This document shows positions 57,139-64,000 of a stretch of 64,000 nt of DNA, piece by piece (the first letter of the stretch is position 1; every line of letters starts with the position of its first letter). The translations under genes and the position numbers were made by a program. This DNA comes from Emiliania huxleyi CCMP1516 (lineage: Eukaryota). Below the pieces are notes generated by a model. It saw only the letters and a list, made by a program, of their open reading frames with translations, was not told the DNA's origin and did not search any database. The stretch lies in contig NW_005202428.1 in the NCBI RefSeq assembly GCF_000372725.1, forward strand, positions 1,287,331 to 1,351,330, given 5' to 3'.

Positions 57139-59871
57139 ATGGAGGCGCTGGTCAACACTGTGCTGCTGGCTGCACACCCGAGCCTTCGCGAGCGCTGCAA
57201 CGCCGCAAAGGTCGTGTCGGTCCTCGAGGAGCTCGGGGCGTACGACTCGTCCGCACTGCGGTCACTCCTCTCGTCGTTCACCGACACCGTCGCACACAAG
57301 CTGAAGGAGGAGGAAGCAGCACCGCCAGCTCTGGTCGCCGCGCTGGCGACGCATGTCGACTCGGGCAGCCTATCAGAGCCTCAGAACATCGGCGGCGCGA
57401 TGGACGCGACAGCTGCAACCTCCTCCTCGAGCAGCGCCGCCGCTGCTGTCACCCCGAGGACGGTGAAGGCCGGCGGCGGCAAGCATAGCACGCTGCAGCA
57501 GAAGTCGATCGGCGCGTTCTTTGCTGGTGGCACCAGGACTACGTACGCGACGCTGCCGGGCATAGGCCGTCAGATCAGATCCGTTACCTCGCTCACGCCC
57601 GAGCAGCTGCAGGCTGTGGGCAAGGCGCCCGAGAAGTTCACGTCGTGCGCCAAGGGCTGTGGGCAGACATTCTTGCACGGGCCTGCGCGCGTTGCGCACG
57701 AAAAGTTCTGCAGCGGTCGCGCGGCCGAGACGGCCGCCGAAGTCGCCGCCGCCGCAGAGGCTGCCGCCTCCGCTGCCACCACCACCCAGCCCGCCACCGC
57801 CGTCACCGAGGCTGCCGCCGAAGCCGCTAACAGCAGCGACGACGAGCAGCCACCCGCGAAAGCACCAAAGCTGCGCGCGGATGGCGGCATCAAGCAGAGT
57901 GGGCTCCGCCAGGGCGAGAAGAAGGGCATGAAACACTCGCTCTACTTTAAGCTCGAGGTGGTGCGCACGCTGCGCAGGTTGCAGAGCCTCGAGAAGCGCT
58001 GGGAGAAGGCGCCGAGTGGCTGGCGTGGCGCCGGCATCGAGACGTCGGAGATTCACAAGGGCGTACACCCCTCCCTCGTGTCCAAGTGGGGCGGCAAGGA
58101 GGACGAGCTGCACATGGCGCTGCAGCACGAGAACCGCGTCAGCCGTAAGCAGAAGCACCGCACCGGCACGATGGCGACGTTCCAGTCGCGCGGCGCACGG
58201 CGGACGACCCTCCATCGCGGCCGCGCGCCGCCTTTCGCTGCGGTCGAGGTGGAGCTGCACAAGCGCTACCGCGACAAGCGGACGCGTGGCGAGCGCGTGA
58301 CCGGCCAATGGCTTCGCGTCTCCATGAAGCGCCTCGTGCGCGAGTTCGCCGGCGCCGACGTGGCCGACGGCTTCAAGGCGTCCAAGTGGTGGCTGCGGTC
58401 GTTCGCGCGGCGCTTCGGCATGTCGCTCCGGCGCAAGTCGAACAGCCGCGCCGAGTCCGTCCTCGTGCGGCTGCCGAAGATCAAGCGCTGGCACGCGCGC
58501 CTCCGTCGCCGCCTCCGTGGCGGCCTGCAGGAGAAGCTCGACCCAAAGTGGGGACGCTGGTTGCCGCGCAACCGGCTGAGCGTCGACCAGGTGCCGTGCA
58601 ACCTCCGAGCGGGCGATGGGCGCACCTACGACGACACGGGCGCCAAGCGCGTCTGGCTGGCGGGGGCGAAGGCTGACGACGGCAAGCGCTTCTGCACGCT
58701 GCAGATCGTCGCGCGCGCGAGCAACGGCGACGCCTCGATGCCGCGGCACGGGCAGCCCAAGCTGTGCGTGATCTTTCGCGGCCAGGGCAAGCAGATCTCG
58801 CAGAATGAGCGAGATGCGCGCCACCCCGACGTGCAGGTGCGCTTCCAGCCGAAGGCGTGGGCTGACGACCAGCTCTGCGAGGACTTCGCGGACGTGGAGA
58901 TGCGCGAGGCGACGGCGGCCGCACGCGCCGCGGGCGAGCGGAGCGTCGCCATCTTCGACAACCTCTCCGGCCAGACGACGCCCGAGCACCTGCGCAACCT
59001 GCAGCGCCGCGCCCACTGCGACCGCCACCTGCTGCCGACTGGCTCGACGGGCGAGCTGATGCTCATCGACGGCGGCATCGGCGTCCGCCTCAAGAACCTG
59101 ATGGGCGACGAGATGGACACGTGGCTCGAGCAGCCGGGCCACCTCGAGCGCTGGACCAAGGGCCCCAAGGAGGGTGGCCTCAAGGCGTGGCAGAAGCGTT
59201 CGCTCATCACGCAGATCGCGGGCCGAGCGTGGGAGACGCTCTGCGCCACGTATGACTTCGAGAAGTCGGCGCGCAGCCTCGGCCTGCTCATGACTGTCGA
59301 CGGCTCCGGCGACGAGCACATCTGCGTGCAGGGGGTGACGGACTACACCTTCAAGGACGAGGACGGCGGATCGGACGGCGGGGAGAGCGAGGCGGACGAG
59401 GACGAGGCGGAGCTCGCCGATGTCGACGAGGCGGCGGGCGAGGAGGAGGGCGAGGAGGAGGGCGAGGAGGAGGCGGAGGACGGCATGGAGGACTCAGAGG
59501 ACGAGGACGAGGACGACACCGCCGTGCGCATGCAGGCATGCGGCGAGGCTCCGGCAATGCCCCCGAAGGGCTACGTCTATGCGGCGACGTGCCCGCCGCT
59601 GGCGAACGACGACGAGCAGCGCGCGCTGTGCCGGCGCAAGATCCTCGCCGCGCACCTCCTCGACGGCGCCACCGGCTGGTACGTTGGCACCGTGCAGCAC
59701 TTCGGCGTGGGCTCCTCGTGGCGTCAGCCTGACGCGACGCACATCGTCATGTACTCCCAGAAAGAGACGGGCACCAAGCACCTCGCGGGCCGTGTCGCGT
59801 GCAAGCTAGCCGCCGACAACTATGGCGCGAGCGAGTGGTGGCTCCTGCTGGAGCCGGCGCCAGAGAGCTGA
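57139..59871 (+). CDS. pogo-like transposase (zinc finger, CENP-B-type HTH, DDE_1 with DD36D, acidic tract, C-terminal beta domain), ~910 aa
   Basis: CAKGC...HEKFC; RTRGERVTGQWL...FKASKWWLRSFARRFGMSLRR (HTH); SVDQVP, QPKAWAD, IFDNLSGQ, LPTGSTGELMLIDGGIG; uninterrupted ORF. Confidence 0.9.
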   Translation: MEALVNTVLLAAHPSLRERCNAAKVVSVLEELGAYDSSALRSLLSSFTDTVAHKLKEEEAAPPALVAALATHVDSGSLSEPQNIGGAMDATAATSSSSSAAAAVTPRTVKAGGGKHSTLQQKSIGAFFAGGTRTTYATLPGIGRQIRSVTSLTPEQLQAVGKAPEKFTSCAKGCGQTFLHGPARVAHEKFCSGRAAETAAEVAAAAEAAASAATTTQPATAVTEAAAEAANSSDDEQPPAKAPKLRADGGIKQSGLRQGEKKGMKHSLYFKLEVVRTLRRLQSLEKRWEKAPSGWRGAGIETSEIHKGVHPSLVSKWGGKEDELHMALQHENRVSRKQKHRTGTMATFQSRGARRTTLHRGRAPPFAAVEVELHKRYRDKRTRGERVTGQWLRVSMKRLVREFAGADVADGFKASKWWLRSFARRFGMSLRRKSNSRAESVLVRLPKIKRWHARLRRRLRGGLQEKLDPKWGRWLPRNRLSVDQVPCNLRAGDGRTYDDTGAKRVWLAGAKADDGKRFCTLQIVARASNGDASMPRHGQPKLCVIFRGQGKQISQNERDARHPDVQVRFQPKAWADDQLCEDFADVEMREATAAARAAGERSVAIFDNLSGQTTPEHLRNLQRRAHCDRHLLPTGSTGELMLIDGGIGVRLKNLMGDEMDTWLEQPGHLERWTKGPKEGGLKAWQKRSLITQIAGRAWETLCATYDFEKSARSLGLLMTVDGSGDEHICVQGVTDYTFKDEDGGSDGGESEADEDEAELADVDEAAGEEEGEEEGEEEAEDGMEDSEDEDEDDTAVRMQACGEAPAMPPKGYVYAATCPPLANDDEQRALCRRKILAAHLLDGATGWYVGTVQHFGVGSSWRQPDATHIVMYSQKETGTKHLAGRVACKLAADNYGASEWWLLLEPAPES

Positions 59872-60398
59872 GCATGAGGGACTTGACGTGTTGCGTCACT
59901 GTTCACGCAAAGACACAACCCCGGGCCCAAGACTCACACTGTTCACACTATAGAGAGGGTGAAAATTGCGTTTCACCATGACTGTAGACTGAGAAGAAAG
60001 TGAAAGAACGACCTCTCTCTAAAAAGTCGTATGATTTCTAAAATTTTCTTCGCGCCTGCGGCGCGGCAGATCAGAGAAATCGGGCCGGCCTCGTGCCAGC
60101 AGCCGATTTCTATTTCGGCCAGGGAAATCAGCCAAATTTCCAGCAGCCAATTTCTAAACACCGATTTCTAAGGCAAGAGCACGCACTGTATGCCAAACTC
60201 CACGCGACAAACCAGAGAGCCGCGATATGTCCGGGTTGGATCGATGGCGCTTCCCGGGAACCGGGGAAGCCGGCTGCCGGGACCGCCGCGGCCGGGGCTC
60301 TGTGACAGGAAAGTGTAGATAGCGATCTCACTTTCTCTCACATAGCCGCGACCACTCGCTCACACCAGATGCACGCCAGCCGACACACGCAGCCCGAA

Positions 60399-61397
60399 CT
60401 ACCAGCTGAATGACATCTGGTCCATCGCGTCGTTGACAGTTAGGCTGCCCACCGGGTACTCAAGGGGCGCGCCGAGCGACGTCAAAGTCCCGTCGTCCGA
60501 CACCAGCGCCGCCGAGAAGGTGTACGAGGGAAGCTGTCCCGCGAGAGCGGCGTCTACGCGCACCTTCACGCGCTGCCCCCTCGCGACGGATGCGGGCCGC
60601 TCGAGCCGTATGCAAATGATCCGCCAGTGGGAGCCGTCCCACGCGGAGGACACGTCGGGCGGGCCGTCCGCCGCGTCGGCCCCGCACCGGAGCTCGACGT
60701 GCAAGTTGAGTGCCGCCAGCACGCCCGCCGCCTCGCAGCAGAAGAGAAGCTCGCGCCGCTGCGACGGCGACGGCGATCCCTCATCAAAGCGCAAGTCCTC
60801 GCACACTTGCGGGGGAGCGAGCGGCCGTCCCGCCTGCGACCGAGCGTCGAGCTTCAGCGCACGCCCTGCGCCAGCAGCTTTGGCCAGCAGATCCGGGTCT
60901 GGCGCCAGGCAGGGCGCGAGAAGGGTTGATGCGCGCGACGGGACAGACAGTGGCGGCCGCGCGGCGTCGGCAACATGGCGGCGCATCGCGTCGAGGATGG
61001 CGGCACACGCGCCCTCCTCGCCAGCAACCTCGCCGATGAGCTCGTGCACCAGCAGCTCCGCCCGCTCCGGCAGCTCAAGCGCAAGATCGGTCGAAAAAGC
61101 CTCGAGGACGGTGATGCGGTGGTCGAGATTGGCGGACGCCACCGCGGCGCGGGCTGCTGCCGCTGCGCTGGGCTGCCCTTCGAGCGCATACACGTGTCGC
61201 GCACCCGCCTCCGCGGCAAAGATCGCTAGCAGTGCAAGCGCGCCAGTGCCTACGTCCAGGACAACCTTGCCGGGAGCAGCGGCGGCGATCGCCTTGCGGT
61301 AAGCCTCCGTGCGCGTCACGTCGTCGCGCATGCCACGATAGCAGTCGGCGGTGTATCGCATCGCATGGCCGTGCGGATGGTGGTCGGCGGCCGGCAT
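60399..61397 (-). CDS. PRMT-like SAM-dependent methyltransferase
   Basis: MRDDVTRTEAYRKAI, VVLDVGTG, AGARHVYALE, HELIGEVAGEEG (double-E loop), SHW (THW-loop-like). Confidence 0.85.
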   Translation of the reverse strand: MPAADHHPHGHAMRYTADCYRGMRDDVTRTEAYRKAIAAAAPGKVVLDVGTGALALLAIFAAEAGARHVYALEGQPSAAAAARAAVASANLDHRITVLEAFSTDLALELPERAELLVHELIGEVAGEEGACAAILDAMRRHVADAARPPLSVPSRASTLLAPCLAPDPDLLAKAAGAGRALKLDARSQAGRPLAPPQVCEDLRFDEGSPSPSQRRELLFCCEAAGVLAALNLHVELRCGADAADGPPDVSSAWDGSHWRIICIRLERPASVARGQRVKVRVDAALAGQLPSYTFSAALVSDDGTLTSLGAPLEYPVGSLTVNDAMDQMSFSW

Positions 61398-61434
61398 CGG
61401 ATGAGGGCGGTGAGAAGAGGGTCCGCTCTGCGTG

Positions 61435-61485
61435 CACTCTTCACAGCGTTCACTCTTCACAGCGTTCACTCTTCACAGCGTTCAC
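61435..61485. repeat. 16-bp tandem repeat x3 (CACTCTTCACAGCGTT)
   Basis: Visible just upstream of the PRMT-like gene. Confidence 0.85.
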
Positions 61486-61734
61486 ACGAGGCATCGCGAC
61501 CGTTTCTTGCGGCCATCTTTGATCGAAATCAAGGCTAACCAGCCTAGAGACGACCCCTAGACACTCACCTACCTTGCCGACAGCCCAGTGCGTCCGTCTG
61601 AAGCACCCCAAGTACGCCGGTGAGACGCCCGAAACGGGGTGACTTCTAAAAGTCACTCCGCATGTGGGCCGCCTTTGCGGTCGTCTGACGCGCCCTCCGG
61701 CCGCCGCACACTCGCCACTCACCCCCTCTCACCT

Positions 61735-62565
61735 CTAGATGATGCGGCGGCGCGCACGGGGCACTGCGGCTGCCGGCGCCGCGGCGGCCGGCGCCGCCGC
61801 CGCCGGCGCAGGCGCAGGCTCAGGTCGCCGGTACGGCGATGGTCGATCGCCGCGTCGCGGCGGGATGCGCTGCTGCGCCCGATGCGACGGCTCCTCTTCG
61901 AGCAGGTGCTTGGCAAAGCAGGGCCGGTCAGGGTCGCCAGCTTTGGTCCCGACCGGGCTGATCGCGTAGCCAACCTGGCTCGGGTCCGGGAAGCACTGTG
62001 CGCAGTGGTAGGACCGCATGTACCCGCACTGGTGCTTCTTGCTTGAACACGAGCACAATAAACACGAGCACGGGCGCCGTGCCGCCTAGGGCTGTCCGCC
62101 TCAATTGTCGCACGGCGCATCGAATTCGCGCAGACCAATGTAGTCGATGCCGGAGCGTGCGCATTGGTATTGAGAGGCTGAGGTCGGCGGCGTCGCGCAG
62201 TAAGCGCAGTAACGCATGCAGACGATTTGGATACCGGCGCTTGCGTGGGAGCGAACACAGCGTCGGCCGCGGTGTGCCGGCGAATGTGGTGGTCCTCTTG
62301 TCCACTGCGTCCGAGCCGAACCAGCTGTCCACACGAGAAGCGGCGGCGCGCGGGCGAGCCACGACGAGGTCAACCGTCTCGACCAGTCAGCCTCCGGCAC
62401 AGCATTGGGTGCCTGCATGTCGCCGGGACTGCGGCGCTTGAGTGTCATCGCGTAGCGGTGCGGAGGCAGCGCCGTGTGCGCCTCTTTCGTACGCTCGAAG
62501 TGCTCCAAGCAAGTGCTCCAAAGCCGTTTGAACCGCGCCCAAGCTGCTCTAGGAGCCTCTCCCAT
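61735..62565 (-). pseudogene. Decayed ORF ending in a piggyBac-like Cys-rich domain
   Basis: One frame with two stops; CLLC...SYHCAQC...PCFAKH resembles the piggyBac C-terminal CRD pattern; no catalytic core or TTAA/TIR identified. Confidence 0.3.
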
Positions 62566-62814
62566 CGCGGCCCGACTGGGGCCGAGTCCGCGGGGCTCGC
62601 ACGGTGCACGGGCCGGCCACTAGAGCACGTACTGAGTACTGTGCGCGCGCCGGGGCGAGTGACTTCGAGAAGTCACTAAGTCACTTCTTCGAGTCACTCC
62701 TAGAGATTTGCCCGCCAAAAGAAAGCCAATTCTTGACTTGGGCCCTCGGGGAGGCCTGCGGGCGGCCTTCTCTCGAGGTCTCGAGATACACAAAGCGGCC
62801 AACCTAGAGATAGA

Positions 62815-62923
<109 letters not shown>

Positions 62924-63123
62924 CACACACTCACACACACTCAAACACAAAGGTATTGCTAAAAAAGCAGCACACACTCCTCCCATCCTTCGTTTGGGTT
63001 CACGGGACTGGTGCGCAGCACGGAAAAGAATTTGTAGCCCCCACGGGACCGCGTAAGCACTCCTGCGGGCGGATTCGACATAGCGGAGATACTCGTACGT
63101 CCGGTCACACATGGCCCCCCAAA

Positions 63124-64000
63124 ATGGTTTCGCCCTTTTGCCTATGGGCCGTGTGGTGGGCGCTCCCGCTCACTTGCGCGAGGAGCGCGCTGATGCAAGC
63201 TCAGATGGCAGCCAAGGAAAGGGCGTGGTCGGCGATGGCTGCAAACGCCTCTGCCTACCCTCACGTGGCGTCTGGCGCTGCGCAGTGCGTCGACGGCGTT
63301 GCCGCTGGGGAGTTTAGCTGCTCTGGCGTGGACATGCTGTCCCTGACGCCGCGCACGGCGCTCCACGTGGGCACAGCAGACTTTTGCTCCGACCTATGGG
63401 GCTGGGTCCACCCAACGACTGGCGTCGAGTACGCCCTTCTCGGCATGCTCGACGGCGTCGCGTTTCTCGACATCTCAGAGCCGACTAGGCCGCAAGCCGT
63501 CGGCTGGCTACCGGGCGCCGGCTCGCCGGCGGGTGGGTCGTGGTGGCGCGATGTCAAGACGTTCCGCCACTACGCGCTGATCGTCTCCGATGACATCGAA
63601 AACTCGGGGCTGCAGGTCCTTGACTTGCTGACTCTGCCAGACAAGTCCAGCCTCGACCCGACTCTGCCGCCGCCGACGCTCGCGCCCAGCGCCGAATACC
63701 ACGGCTTTAGCCGGGCCCACAACATCATCGTCTCGCCGGGTGCGGCGCCCTCCCCACCCGCGTCTCCGAGAGTCGCGCGCGCTTGCCAAGGCAAGGCTCT
63801 CGCGCCAAGGCTCCCCGCCGGCAAAAGGGTCGAGCGCCGCAACGCGCCGCCTCCGATAGCGGCCCGACCCTGCCCTCTCCCCCTCTCCGCTCTCTCCGAC
63901 CGCCTGGGGCGTGTTGAGCAGGCAAACCCTTTGCGTTCATTGCTGGCTCTACGGGCTCAACGAGCGAGCCCTGCGGCCTGCAGGTTATCGATGTGTCTGA
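63124..64000 (+). CDS. Secreted choice-of-anchor B family protein (LVIVD-like), partial, absent from the ORF track
   Basis: MVSPFCLWAVWWALPLTCA signal-like start; CVDGVAAGEFSCSGVDMLS, SDLWGWVHPTTGVEYALLG, VAFLDIS, WRDVK, GLQVLDL, AHNII; probable intron ~63740-63921; runs off the window. Confidence 0.8.
   Translation, partial: MVSPFCLWAVWWALPLTCARSALMQAQMAAKERAWSAMAANASAYPHVASGAAQCVDGVAAGEFSCSGVDMLSLTPRTALHVGTADFCSDLWGWVHPTTGVEYALLGMLDGVAFLDISEPTRPQAVGWLPGAGSPAGGSWWRDVKTFRHYALIVSDDIENSGLQVLDLLTLPDKSSLDPTLPPPTLAPSAEYHGFSRAHNIIVSPGAAPSPPASPRVARACQGKALAPRLPAGKRVERRNAPPPIAARPCPLPLSALSDRLGRVEQANPLRSLLALRAQRASPAACRLSMCL

Larger units (their letters stand above)
54658..60188. mobile_element. pogo-type (IS630/Tc1/mariner superfamily) DNA transposon, 5531 bp, three ORFs, TA target duplication
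   Basis: TA|CAGTGCG-N11-TAGAAATCGG at left and CCGATTTCTA-N11-CGCACTG|TA at right; multiple subterminal GAAATCGG/CCGATTTC copies; encloses kinase, small ORF and transposase. Confidence 0.85.

Noticed and set aside
57373..59319. 648-aa antisense ORF over the transposase (similar shadows at 39018-40652 and 33236-34306)
   Set aside because: Typical stop-poor shadow frames of high-GC coding sequence; no motifs.

Overview
GC-rich eukaryotic genomic DNA with spliceosomal introns, many with GC-AG boundaries, and four N-gaps (630-1193, 23520-23619, 41685-42106, 52344-52443). Composition, intron style and gene mix suggest a haptophyte alga such as Emiliania/Gephyrocapsa huxleyi (inference, not tested). 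All family calls are from motif recognition by eye; no database search was run. Recognisable genes: P2X-like receptor, SETD9-like protein, sulfotransferase-like fusion, S1-domain protein, FKBP PPIase, histidinol-phosphate aminotransferase, internally deleted TRPM-like protein, METTL21-like and PRMT-like methyltransferases, TPR/2OG-Fe(II) oxygenase, 5'-truncated IDS-like sulfatase, multi-RRM protein, multi-pass membrane protein, GAF-PAS hybrid histidine kinase and a choice-of-anchor-B protein. Three observations stand out. (1) An apparently intact 5.5-kb TA-flanked pogo-type DNA transposon (54658-60188) with bipartite TIRs carries a protein kinase and a small basic ORF as well as its DD36D transposase. 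(2) An IDN2/FDM-like zf-XS-XS-coiled-coil-XH protein, an architecture known from plant RNA-directed DNA methylation, lies at 37669-40556. (3) A 3.4-kb array of 52 copies of a 65-bp unit sits inside an RRM gene; each unit is a 47-nt GC-AG intron-like segment plus an 18-nt copy of the exon, and several other introns are bounded by duplicated exon sequence.
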